DNA from: Candidatus Bathyarchaeia archaeon
GTDB taxonomy: Archaea; Thermoproteota; Bathyarchaeia; 40CM-2-53-6
Reading direction: 5' to 3'
Assembly: GCA_049517415.1 (NCBI GenBank)
Contig: JBEKSC010000002.1
Location: forward strand, 96,001 to 160,000
DNA length: 64,000 nt
Shown here: piece by piece, positions 38,729 to 47,889 of the stretch
How the letters are laid out: every line of letters begins with the position of its first letter
How positions within the stretch are numbered: the stretch's first letter is position 1
Notes under the pieces: model-generated
Seen by the model: the letters and a program-made list of their open reading frames with translations, nothing else
Told to the model about the DNA's origin: nothing
The model's database searches: none
Program-made: the position numbers and the translations under genes

Positions 38729-39046
38729 TTGAAACCAGTCCTTAACACGAAGGATGGAACTCTGAGCGTCGAAGGCTCTCGGTTCCTAGCTCCAAGGATA
38801 ACCGTGTCCTCGGAGATAACTAACCCCATAGGCCCTCTTAGTTTTTTGGGGCCAGTCGAACCGGAATACACCCCTGCGATTCCGGTAGAGTGCAAGTGCC
38901 ACGGAAGATGCAAAGTGGCTTTGAAACCTAAGTGCGTATGCCGATGCCACGGTAAAGGCCATAGCGAAGCAATAAGAAAAGTAAACCATACCATTGAGGA
39001 ATATGGGGAACACAATTCCCCTATTCTGAGGTATATCTATGCCTAA
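38729..39046 (+). CDS. Small Cys/His-rich protein
   Basis: CKCHGRC...KCVCRCHGKGH; overlaps integrase start. Confidence 0.55.
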   Translation: MKPVLNTKDGTLSVEGSRFLAPRITVSSEITNPIGPLSFLGPVEPEYTPAIPVECKCHGRCKVALKPKCVCRCHGKGHSEAIRKVNHTIEEYGEHNSPILRYIYA

Positions 39047-40241
39047 AGGAATACATCTAATTAACCCTAAACTAACCGCCTTCCGTCAAGACGCTAATAT
39101 CAAGAAGTGGCTGGATAGCCTGCATAAGAATACTAGGGCTGGTTATGAGTCATGCCTGTTTCAGCTATGCGACCAATTAGCCTTAACGGGATCGCAGGTA
39201 AAGGATCTAGCAAAAGATAACCCAATTGAGCTGTCTCTAAGAGTAAAGGTCGTAGTGAAGAGGCTTCAAAATACGCGTGAAGTTTCAGACAGGACCATAG
39301 GCTATCGACTAGCGGCATTAACTAACTACCTGAACCTGTTCGAATTAGAGGCCCCCAGACTGTTGGGGCTGAAAATTAAAAGAGGCAAGTCTGCCACGCA
39401 CCCGCTGATAAGCTGGGAACTAGCGAATAAGATAATTTCCCTAACCCCTGAGAAATATCAACCTGTCTTTAAGCTGATGCAATGGGGCCTAGACCTGGAA
39501 CGCATATGCCAAATCAACGTAAACCCATACGTCAAATCAATAGAGAAGAAAATTATGGACAGCGTTAAGGAGCAATTAGAGAACCCTAAGAATGATTTAA
39601 TCCGGTTAGACGTAGATGGCAGGAAGGGTAACGCTGATCCATATTACATAGTGTTGCCCAGAGAAGTAGCTGGCTTGCTGCCAGTCAGGACTATTAGATA
39701 TTCTGACATTATCAGTAAGGATGCGGTTAGGCGTAGTTGGCGTGTCGGACTGAAAAGAGCTGGCCTGCCGATAGATAGTAAACACGGCCCACATAATTTA
39801 CGCTCTTGCTGGCTGACCGAAGCCACAAAGAGGGGACTGGAACCGGTGCTCCGAGAATTCCAGCTCGGCCACTCAGTTGACAGCCTGAATTATCAGAGAA
39901 TCACGCAAGATTATGATTGGGTTTTAACCCAGTTCCGCAAGTCCTGGGCTATGAATGAACCTTCAGCAACGAGGAAGGAACTTGGTGAGCGAGATAAGAA
40001 AATTAGCGAACTAGAAAACCACAACGAGGAGCTTCGGCGGATTATCGGTGAAGACCTGTTGGAGCAGCAGTTGAAGCTACAAGACCAGATATTGCAGTTA
40101 CTTAAGGAACGGGGCCTCCGCACGCAGATGCCCATTTCAGAGTACCCGCCCGACATCAAGGAATTACAGGATCAACTAAACAGAACCACAGAACGGCTGC
40201 TTAGATTAGGATTAATTAAACCAGGGGACGAGTTCGGGTAA
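39039..40241 (+). CDS. Tyrosine recombinase/integrase with C-terminal coiled coil
   Basis: GRKGN, HNLR, LGH, NY motifs; first catalytic box reads GLDLER. Confidence 0.8.
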   Translation: MPKGIHLINPKLTAFRQDANIKKWLDSLHKNTRAGYESCLFQLCDQLALTGSQVKDLAKDNPIELSLRVKVVVKRLQNTREVSDRTIGYRLAALTNYLNLFELEAPRLLGLKIKRGKSATHPLISWELANKIISLTPEKYQPVFKLMQWGLDLERICQINVNPYVKSIEKKIMDSVKEQLENPKNDLIRLDVDGRKGNADPYYIVLPREVAGLLPVRTIRYSDIISKDAVRRSWRVGLKRAGLPIDSKHGPHNLRSCWLTEATKRGLEPVLREFQLGHSVDSLNYQRITQDYDWVLTQFRKSWAMNEPSATRKELGERDKKISELENHNEELRRIIGEDLLEQQLKLQDQILQLLKERGLRTQMPISEYPPDIKELQDQLNRTTERLLRLGLIKPGDEFG

Positions 40242-40434
40242 ATCACCGCCCCCCGCACTTCCATATTGTCTAGTTCCGCAATTTATGTTCTAATAGTCAT
40301 AATATATTCTCGACTATAACCTTAGTTATGGGTAGACTGTTACCGTAGGTAAGGATGAAAACCGATAAGTTTATATAGGTATATATTATAAGGGCTAAGC
40401 AAGGAGATACTTAAAAAGTATTTGGTGCTTAATA

Positions 40435-40629
40435 ATGAAGCAAATGAAGCGAAATATGCTAAGGGTGCAGGAAAGCCACCCGAACGTGAATCACAAGGAC
40501 TACTCGCAATTCAAAATCACGATTCCCGTTAACGAAGCTAGATTACTGAAACTGAGTCAGGGAGACTTACTCATAGCAACTATTCAGAACGATAAGCTCG
40601 TCTACAGTAAACTAGCAGGAGGGAATTAG
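40435..40629 (+). CDS. AbrB-like DNA-binding protein
   Basis: QFKITIP..ARLLKLSQGD.L. Confidence 0.75.
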   Translation: MKQMKRNMLRVQESHPNVNHKDYSQFKITIPVNEARLLKLSQGDLLIATIQNDKLVYSKLAGGN

Positions 40630-40633
40630 AATT

Positions 40634-41197
40634 ATGAAAAATGAAAAGAAAATTGAGCCGTGGATGCAAAACGCGGCGAATCGATTAGCGTCAACGACGA
40701 TTAAGGTAACGAGTCATGAATTCAAAGGAATTCCGTTCGGGGAACTCGTACTAAGATTAACGGATGGCAAAACAGTTCCATTCAACAAACTAACGGAAAT
40801 CCAGCTTAACTACTATAAAGAGAACGTATTACCGAACAGTCAAGGTAACCCCGCTAGGCAAGGAACACCTAGCGGAAGAAGCAGCAACCAAACAGGCAGT
40901 GGAAGTGGCAGTCAACTTGGTTCCCCAAGCCTAGATGATTCAAACGTATCAATGGACGATTTTCCGCAAAGCGAAGAACCAATTTGGATCAGGCAACCCG
41001 GACTAGGCTGCCGAGTAATTATAGTCGGAAGCAAAGACGAATTAGCGCAACTGAAAGCGGTAGGCGGCTTAACTGGTTGGGGTGTCGCCGGATATTATGA
41101 CGCAGGCGTGAGCCACCAGGGCGCATACTTCGTTTACTTGATACCTGACTCAGCCGCCGCGGATATTGATACAGGCTTAGGACACCAACCCAGTTGA
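40634..41197 (+). CDS. Hypothetical protein
   Basis: 187-aa ORF, GGAGG upstream, Ser/Gly linker. Confidence 0.65.
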   Translation: MKNEKKIEPWMQNAANRLASTTIKVTSHEFKGIPFGELVLRLTDGKTVPFNKLTEIQLNYYKENVLPNSQGNPARQGTPSGRSSNQTGSGSGSQLGSPSLDDSNVSMDDFPQSEEPIWIRQPGLGCRVIIVGSKDELAQLKAVGGLTGWGVAGYYDAGVSHQGAYFVYLIPDSAAADIDTGLGHQPS

Positions 41198-41209
41198 GGT
41201 AAGCAAGCG

Positions 41210-41599
41210 ATGTCAATTTTGACTGGGCCAGAAACCCCAAAGAAGATGTGCCCCATATGTGGGATCAGTTACAGTTACGAAATTCGGTTCAGAGAAATGC
41301 TCGGGTTGCGAGTCTGTCAGAAATGTTTTGATTCTCAGGGCATCGCTGACCAAATTCGGCAACTGAAAGCTCGGGCGCAGGGTGAACGTGAAGCACTAGA
41401 ACGAGCTATTGCTAAAGACAAAGCAGACCAAGCAGCTAATCAGAATCCAGCACCTAGCATCATGGGCAACTGCTATGAATGTGGGCTTCCGTCTGTCAAA
41501 CTCACCAAACTAAGTAATGGGCATTCCTATTGTCGTAGGTGCGCTGAACCCCGCAACAGAAGCGCAATGGGGTTAGTTGAAAGAAACCTGGCGCAGTAA
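41210..41599 (+). CDS. Double Zn-finger protein
   Basis: Four CxxC motifs around a helical linker. Confidence 0.7.
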   Translation: MSILTGPETPKKMCPICGISYSYEIRFREMLGLRVCQKCFDSQGIADQIRQLKARAQGEREALERAIAKDKADQAANQNPAPSIMGNCYECGLPSVKLTKLSNGHSYCRRCAEPRNRSAMGLVERNLAQ

Positions 41600-41759
41600 C
41601 GTGAAGCCTACTCCTCCTTTACCTAAAGTTCCTCGACCTCCACGACCCACGATTAAGATTCAATGCGCTAATTGTGGCCTAGAGAAAGAGGCGCTTCTTC
41701 CGCGCTACTGCCTCGACTGCAGCCGAGCCTATCACATGAGGCTAACTAAAGGCGAATGA
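41577..41759 (+). CDS. Small Zn-finger protein
   Basis: CANC...CLDC. Confidence 0.6.
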   Translation: MKETWRSNVKPTPPLPKVPRPPRPTIKIQCANCGLEKEALLPRYCLDCSRAYHMRLTKGE

Positions 41760-41762
41760 CTA

Positions 41763-42029
41763 ATGACTAACCCTAACCTGAAACCTCCTGAAACCTACCG
41801 GAAAAAACCAGTTAAAGTAACGTCAGCGGAATGCGTTGAATGTCACGCCACGTTCACGCCCCGCTTCAAGGTGCTAATCTACGAACCAATCTTTTGTGAC
41901 GCGTGTATTTCTAGGCTGGTGATTCTGGGAGTGAAGGCGATGCTGGACCGGCGAGGCAAAATCACCCATTACGAACAAGTCGCATCGAAGAAAGAAGAGC
42001 CGATCATGGAGGCCGCTGTTTACGTGTAG
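41763..42029 (+). CDS. Small Zn-finger protein
   Basis: CVEC...CDAC. Confidence 0.65.
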   Translation: MTNPNLKPPETYRKKPVKVTSAECVECHATFTPRFKVLIYEPIFCDACISRLVILGVKAMLDRRGKITHYEQVASKKEEPIMEAAVYV

Positions 42030-42123
42030 GTACAAAGCAGACGCCAGTAAAATTCATCCTGCAACCCCCCGAAATGAAAGGAGAAGAATCGGCATAATTT
42101 ACCAATCCCACAAATTCAACGAC

Positions 42124-42825
42124 TTGACCGCTAACCTAGAAGCCTTGAAACAACACGGCACCATAGCGGACTACCAAATCACCCAGTACGTAAGCGACAT
42201 TAACGAACCGGACATCATAATCGAATTAGCCCTCCTGGACGGACGAACAGTAAGAGTCGCCACAGAATGTAAGAATTGGAACCCGTACACAAGCAAAGGA
42301 GTACCCTATACCCTCAACTCAACGAACTACCAGCATGAAGTACGACCTAAGTTCTTTGAGAACGGCGCAAAGAAACCCTTCGATTACAGCCTAGCATTAT
42401 TCCATAATCCACTAGACCACACCCAAGCCGACTATCCACTAAACCGAGACGGCGTAAGATACGTGGACGACGAAGACCTATTCAGCACCCTGCTAGGCAT
42501 CCTCGAAGAAGAATACGGCCCTGAAGCATGGTCATGTATCTATAATGGGTATGCTATGCCTAGACGTGGGTTTAGTTATAGTGTAAGTAAGGGTAATTGG
42601 ATTAGTGGTTGTTCTAATGAATCTAATTTAGTGGGTTCAGTTGCGGCACCCCGAGCCCCGTTAGCTTCATGCGAGGGCGAGGCATTTGTCCGTGGGCCTG
42701 AGCCTTGTCCTCGTTGCGGCTGTGTGTTTTGTGGTTGCAGTAGCGCAATAACTAGTTCACATGTGACAGGTACGGCGTCCTCACGGACGCTTTACTATGG
42801 AGATAGTGTTTTTGGAGGACATTAA
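42124..42825 (+). CDS. PD-(D/E)xK (Mrr-like) nuclease-fold protein
   Basis: EPDIII...ATECKNW; Cys cluster near C-terminus. Confidence 0.6.
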   Translation: MTANLEALKQHGTIADYQITQYVSDINEPDIIIELALLDGRTVRVATECKNWNPYTSKGVPYTLNSTNYQHEVRPKFFENGAKKPFDYSLALFHNPLDHTQADYPLNRDGVRYVDDEDLFSTLLGILEEEYGPEAWSCIYNGYAMPRRGFSYSVSKGNWISGCSNESNLVGSVAAPRAPLASCEGEAFVRGPEPCPRCGCVFCGCSSAITSSHVTGTASSRTLYYGDSVFGGH

Positions 42826-43145
42826 GCAGCGTCAAAGGGGAAGCTCCCACAGGGGCGACGCTGAAGTCAACTCCAAACGCCTTCGTGGTAGTAGGCGACG
42901 AGCTCATTATCTCCATTCCCCAAAATATTCCTACATTACAACGCCTTCCTCGTTACGCCGACTGTGCTGGCGGTCGGCTAACTTGCTTGTTGGGGTCTCC
43001 GGACCCAAATGAAAACCCATTTCTCGGAGCCACAGAAATGTGGGTGACGGTCAAGCCTCCCCAACAATCCAACTTACCTTACAGCCCAAATTTTGCCGTA
43101 TGGTAATTTTTCCCCTATAACAAACCAGTTGGTGCGTAGTTCTCT

Positions 43146-43757
43146 TTGTTGCCCGATACCTCAGTTGTGATAGCTCTTATAGTAATGGAACTTCTTATAC
43201 TGCTGAATCTTGCGATGTCGAGTGATGAGGACGCAGTTGTAGTAGGCATCATGAGCCTAGGGGTCGTGGCTGCCCTTGGTATCTTGGAAGCCCCAGCTTA
43301 TGTTCCTTTGTCGTTAAAGGTTATTTGGTTAATTTGCGACGCTGCCCTAATCGTTCTTCTCTGTTATTGGTACATTTCGACGAAGCGTGCTGAGAGATTT
43401 CTTTTTGTGATTAAACCAACCCTTGCTCAATGGGCTAAAATGGTCGTCAACTATGCGAGTGGAAGGATTGTCATAGTTCAAGCTGGGATACCATCGAATG
43501 GGCGTTACCATGTCGTCCAAGAATTGTCTCATTTTGCTGAAGCCAAAGAATACTTGGAGCGGCGTTACAAAGATATCTATGGTAAGTGGACTGAAGCCAA
43601 TTCAGATGTTAAGAATTACAATGATTTGATTGACCGTGGCGAACAGGATACAGCATTATCTGCTCGGTATAAGTTGGGAGCTGTTGAAAGGTTAGACGCT
43701 TTTCGTAGAGACTTAACGACCCTATTGGAGAGGATAGATCTCGGTAAGGAGAGTTGA
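43146..43757 (+). CDS. Membrane protein (about 3 N-terminal TM helices)
   Basis: Hydrophobic N-terminus followed by a soluble helical domain. Confidence 0.65.
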   Translation: MLPDTSVVIALIVMELLILLNLAMSSDEDAVVVGIMSLGVVAALGILEAPAYVPLSLKVIWLICDAALIVLLCYWYISTKRAERFLFVIKPTLAQWAKMVVNYASGRIVIVQAGIPSNGRYHVVQELSHFAEAKEYLERRYKDIYGKWTEANSDVKNYNDLIDRGEQDTALSARYKLGAVERLDAFRRDLTTLLERIDLGKES

Positions 43758-44501
43758 AGTTAGGTGATGGGCTCAACATACACGGCTTAATACTTGCTTT
43801 CTGTATGATTGTCAACCACTTGTCCTTGCCAAAATCAGGGTTACCTTACAGATTATAGCCCAATAAATTCGGCTACGTAGGAGTAGGAATTATCTATCAT
43901 CGTAGTAGTAATAGTAATTCGATCGTTATTTCTTTACTGTGGGTTTAGGTTAATGGGTTACTGTGACTCGTTTCTTGTGTACTTGCCGTTTACGGTTAGT
44001 ATTGGTTGCTACATGTGTACCTGGACTGGTCTGAGTTAGTCGTGTTCCTCGTGAGGGCTGTTAACTTACTGGTATGCGACTTCCGAATGGTGAGAATTCT
44101 GCAGTAATCAAGTTAAGAGTAGTACCTGGCCTCGCCGCTGTGAGGCTTCCTTTCTTTTCTTCATGCGACCTCAAACAGCCCGTAATCAAACCTCTAATCT
44201 AACCCGCATAAGTATCGAATCGATATAGATTACCATAACTTATGGGAGTGCGTAGACTGATAGAGATGGTCAACCGATCCTAAGCACGGTTAATTATATG
44301 GCGTCGAATCGGAGCTTAATTCAGGTCGTTAGCGTTTAATTTACCCGTAAGTTTCCTGTTGGGGATGCCGTTTGCTAGCTTAACTCTGAAGGGGATGCCG
44401 CAAGGCTCCGGAAGCCTCCCCCCATTAGACGTTTAACTTAGGGATGTTTGGCGTTACCGCAATCTTAGAACGTTAGTTATGGAGTAATAAGTACTTGAAC
44501 G

Positions 44502-45011
44502 TTGGAAGCCTACACCATGAGTAAACGAGTCATAATTCTCCTGTTAGTTACGTTAATTGGTTTAACGATTAGCGACTTTACGCCTGCTTATGGGCAATTC
44601 AATGGTTACCCTCAAACCAGCCCCGCAAACCCGACAGCTAATCAACCAATTACTTTCAGTGTGACAATCTCGAACTCAGAAGTATACCTGGTTACATTTT
44701 CCATCTACCCTAACGCGTCCTTGAACTTATGTGATACTGGAGACTGGCTCCAGCTTAGTCCGTCCCTAACGCTTCATGCTTCGCCTAATAGTGAAAATGT
44801 TTGGAGCGCCACCTCAACGGCGGGCCTGCCTGCTGGGCTATACGGCCTTGTAGTCTACGCTTACTATGCTAATGTTGGTAGCCCAATGTGCACCGTCTTT
44901 AGGGTAGCGAAGCCGACGCTTCCCGTCCCTGAATCTAATGCAATCCAAATCGTAGCGTTCATGGCGCTCGCAGCTTCGCTATACTTACTACGACGCAGGA
45001 GGAACGAGTAA
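44502..45011 (+). CDS. Surface protein with PEF-CTERM-like sorting signal
   Basis: Signal peptide; VPES-TM-RRRR tail; likely ATG start at 44517. Confidence 0.75.
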   Translation: MEAYTMSKRVIILLLVTLIGLTISDFTPAYGQFNGYPQTSPANPTANQPITFSVTISNSEVYLVTFSIYPNASLNLCDTGDWLQLSPSLTLHASPNSENVWSATSTAGLPAGLYGLVVYAYYANVGSPMCTVFRVAKPTLPVPESNAIQIVAFMALAASLYLLRRRRNE

Positions 45012-45484
45012 TGCGGAATGCATGGATAATCGTCGTCACCGTCTTCCTTCTATTCACGCCTCTAGCGGTTAGTGTGGCGTACGGACAGCAGTTCAGCATA
45101 ACGACTTCCCCGCCAGTTCCTGTGGCCGGTCAATCTTTTACGTTTCATGTGGTAAGTGTTCCGCTTAGTCAGAATATGCTTATGTACCAAATACTGACTA
45201 CGGGCTGTCCGCAAATCCAGTGGAATACCACACCTCTTTCTCCTGTCGTTTCGAGTGATAAGAACGGTGACTTCGATTACACGCTAAGCTCAGGGTTGCC
45301 AGCAGGTTTCTACTGCATTCTCCTAATGTCGGACAATGGGAAGAACAATGGGGATTTCTCTGAAGTTTTCGGCATGTCAATAGTGGTTTCGCCTGCCAAG
45401 CCCGTGCCTGAGTTCAGCGCAACCGAAATCGTAGCGTTCACGGCCCTTGCAGCTTCCCTAATCGTTCTACGGCGGAGACACTAA
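45011..45484 (+). CDS. Surface protein with PEF-CTERM-like sorting signal (paralog of previous)
   Basis: Signal peptide; VPEF-TM-RRR tail; shared TSP..P.A.Q..TF.V and GLPAG.Y. Confidence 0.8.
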   Translation: MRNAWIIVVTVFLLFTPLAVSVAYGQQFSITTSPPVPVAGQSFTFHVVSVPLSQNMLMYQILTTGCPQIQWNTTPLSPVVSSDKNGDFDYTLSSGLPAGFYCILLMSDNGKNNGDFSEVFGMSIVVSPAKPVPEFSATEIVAFTALAASLIVLRRRH

Positions 45485-45514
45485 GACCCTAACGCTTGTA
45501 TGAGTAATAATAAC

Positions 45515-45952
45515 TCATTTTTGGGTTGATTTTCCGTGTTTCTTAATTAAAATGAATTTCTGAACAAAAATCCTCGTGTACTCCTCTAAATCCAACTTCA
45601 AAGCTTCTTCAGGTTTAACCCAAACGTAATCCTGCAGCTCCCGCCCATCCAACTTCACCTTAGAACTCTTCGCTTTCAGAACATAGTCCATGAAGATGAA
45701 GTGTTCGTGCTTGTGAAAGCCCTTCGGGTAAATTGCCTGCTGAACGATCAGCAGTTCAACCGGTTCGGCCTCCAAGCCTGTCTCCTCCTTCACCTCTCGC
45801 CTAATCGCATCCTCCGACCGTTCTCCAAGCTCAATATGGCCGCCTGGGACGGTGTACTTGTCGCCCCACTTGTGCGAGCGAACAATGAGAACCTCGCCCT
45901 TCTCGTTTACGACGAGGGCGCCGACTGTGGCTTCAGGGTAAGTTTGGGTCAA
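45515..45952 (-). CDS. Nudix hydrolase (C-terminus supplied by the element)
   Basis: Nudix box GGHIELGERSEDAIRREVKEETG. Confidence 0.93.
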   Translation of the reverse strand: MTQTYPEATVGALVVNEKGEVLIVRSHKWGDKYTVPGGHIELGERSEDAIRREVKEETGLEAEPVELLIVQQAIYPKGFHKHEHFIFMDYVLKAKSSKVKLDGRELQDYVWVKPEEALKLDLEEYTRIFVQKFILIKKHGKSTQK

Positions 45953-46003
45953 AGTAACACTTTCTCGGAAGGAAGCGTCTTAGGTCACTCCAGTTGCTGG
46001 GCT

Positions 46004-46192
46004 CTAGCTCCTGCCCATCATCGTACCGATAACTCCAACGACAGAGATCAGGCCCCCAACTATCAAAATGAGGGGCTCCTGTGTTCTTAGGTAGACTAGG
46101 CCTGTGAAGACGATCAGTGCCATTAGGCCTGTGACGTTGACCATGGCTACTCTTGTTTGCGGCCTCAAGCCCGTGCACCAACTAGCAATCAA
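46004..46192 (-). CDS. Small 2-TM membrane protein
   Basis: Two hydrophobic stretches; start uncertain. Confidence 0.45.
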   Translation of the reverse strand: MIASWCTGLRPQTRVAMVNVTGLMALIVFTGLVYLRTQEPLILIVGGLISVVGVIGTMMGRS

Positions 46193-46377
46193 TCAAGAGC
46201 TCCCCGTAGCCATCTATATTTCTATTCTTCCAAGGGAATCTAATAACAAGGCAAACCGCATTTAGAGGGAAGGCGGCGCAGTTCATCTTGAGTACGACAC
46301 CGAAACGTACTACGCGCAACTTGCGCTGACTAAAGCGGATGAAGACAGCTGGAGGCTGAGTCACGCCAACAACTCCT

Positions 46378-47544
46378 TTGATCCCTGTTCTGAACAGGTT
46401 CTCCGCGGACGTAGTCAAACTCACGGAGGAAGTGTATGCCACCGAAACGCTTGCCGTACTTGAGGCACTAACGAAACCCGTTGGAACATATTATGTCCGC
46501 TGCAACACCTCCAAGCTCTCAGCAAAAGAACTTCTGAACAGCCTTCAGCAGAGGGGCCTCAAAGTCATCCAACATCCACTAGTCCCCGAAGCCCTAGGCA
46601 TTCAAGTGGAAGGCCCCTTCGAGATTCCACCCGCCGAACGAAGGGTTGTTGTGGATAAGCATACTGCTGAGTCGGTCTTGCAAGGCGCGAACGTTTACGC
46701 CCCAGGAATTCTAAACTGCGAGGGCCTTAGGTTCGGGGAGGATGTTGCTGTCGTCTCTGAGCTAGGGGATGAGCTTGCAACCGGTGCGGCGAACATGAGC
46801 GCGAACGACATCCTAACCTTCAGGAAGGGCCTGGCTGTTCAGGTAAAGCACAGGCGTTACACGGCCCCTCAGGTGAGGGATTTACCAGAATTCTCGGAGG
46901 GTCTGCTCTACCCGCAGTCGCTCGCGGCCATGGTAACAGCCCACGCGCTCGACCCTCAAGAGGGCGAGACCGTTGTTGATATGAACTGCTCGCCAGGCGG
47001 AAAACTATCCCACCTCAGTCAGTTGACGCATAATTCTGGAAAAATTTTCGGCTTCGATAGAAACATAGAGAAGGTAGGGCAGGCTCGTCAGACGCTAACG
47101 CGTTTGGGCTGTAGGAATGTTACACTTTCGATTCGTGATACCAGGTACTTGCACCTAGACTTGGCTGATTTGCAATCCGACCGCACCTTGATCGACCCGC
47201 CATGCAGCGCTCTCGGCCTCAGGCCCAAAGTCTACGACTTCTCGACCATAGACCGCGTGAATAACTTAGCAAATTATCAGAAACAATTCATCAAAGCTGG
47301 AAGCAAGGTAACAAAACCAGGGGGAATTATCGTCTATAGCGTCTGCACCTACACAACACAGGAATGCGAGCGAGCAGTCGAATTCGCCGAGCACGACTGC
47401 GGGCTCAGTGTAGTGGAACAAAAGCTATTCCTTGGTTCAAAAGGCCTCGCGGCGCTCACGCCATCCGCCAGCAGTTGTCAAAGATTCAACCCAAACGTAG
47501 ATGAAATCGGATACTTCATCGCAAAATTCCAACGCCAAGCATGA
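46378..47544 (+). CDS. RsmB/NOP2-family m5C RNA methyltransferase with PUA domain
   Basis: GANVYAPG, DMNCSPGGK, DPPCS, YSVCT. Confidence 0.92.
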   Translation: MIPVLNRFSADVVKLTEEVYATETLAVLEALTKPVGTYYVRCNTSKLSAKELLNSLQQRGLKVIQHPLVPEALGIQVEGPFEIPPAERRVVVDKHTAESVLQGANVYAPGILNCEGLRFGEDVAVVSELGDELATGAANMSANDILTFRKGLAVQVKHRRYTAPQVRDLPEFSEGLLYPQSLAAMVTAHALDPQEGETVVDMNCSPGGKLSHLSQLTHNSGKIFGFDRNIEKVGQARQTLTRLGCRNVTLSIRDTRYLHLDLADLQSDRTLIDPPCSALGLRPKVYDFSTIDRVNNLANYQKQFIKAGSKVTKPGGIIVYSVCTYTTQECERAVEFAEHDCGLSVVEQKLFLGSKGLAALTPSASSCQRFNPNVDEIGYFIAKFQRQA

Positions 47545-47588
47545 AGTTTTAACGCCCAACTCTCCCGAATAATGGACAGGGAAATTAG

Positions 47589-47879
47589 TTGGAGTTGCCC
47601 GAGAACGTTCTGACGAAAGGGAAGGCTGGAAAACTTGAGGTTAGGGCCCTCGACTCACGCGGGAGGTATGTGATGTGCAAGTACCTCGACGCGAAGACAA
47701 TGAAACCCGCCGATAAGAAGCGCAAGCTCATGCTTAAGGACCAGAATGGGAATGTGCTCGAATATTTCATCATCCCGATAAAGGACCCCAAGCGCGCGCT
47801 TCTCCTAACCGCAAGTTCTGAAGAGAAGGAACGTCAAGTCTGGAACGAAAGCCAAGGAAAAGCTGAGGATATCTGGTAA
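47589..47879 (+). CDS. Hypothetical protein
   Basis: 96-aa ORF with protein-like composition filling the gap. Confidence 0.7.
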   Translation: MELPENVLTKGKAGKLEVRALDSRGRYVMCKYLDAKTMKPADKKRKLMLKDQNGNVLEYFIIPIKDPKRALLLTASSEEKERQVWNESQGKAEDIW

Positions 47880-47889
47880 CACAATCCGC

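Larger units (their letters stand above)
38661..45571. mobile_element. 6.9-kb integrative element inserted in the 3' end of a Nudix gene
   Basis: Direct repeat GAACAAAAAT at 38661-70 and 45562-71; displaced in-frame Nudix tail at 38638-38670; integrase near left end. Confidence 0.8.

Noticed and set aside
44361..44450. Possible mini-CRISPR from repeated GGGGATGCCG
   Set aside because: Only two exact 10-bp copies and one degenerate copy with irregular spacing; no cas genes and no CRISPR array seen in the window.
46270..46365. Possible C/D box sRNA (CTGA..ATGAAGA..CTGA) upstream of the m5C methyltransferase
   Set aside because: No convincing 5' C box or terminal stem, and no guide target could be verified.
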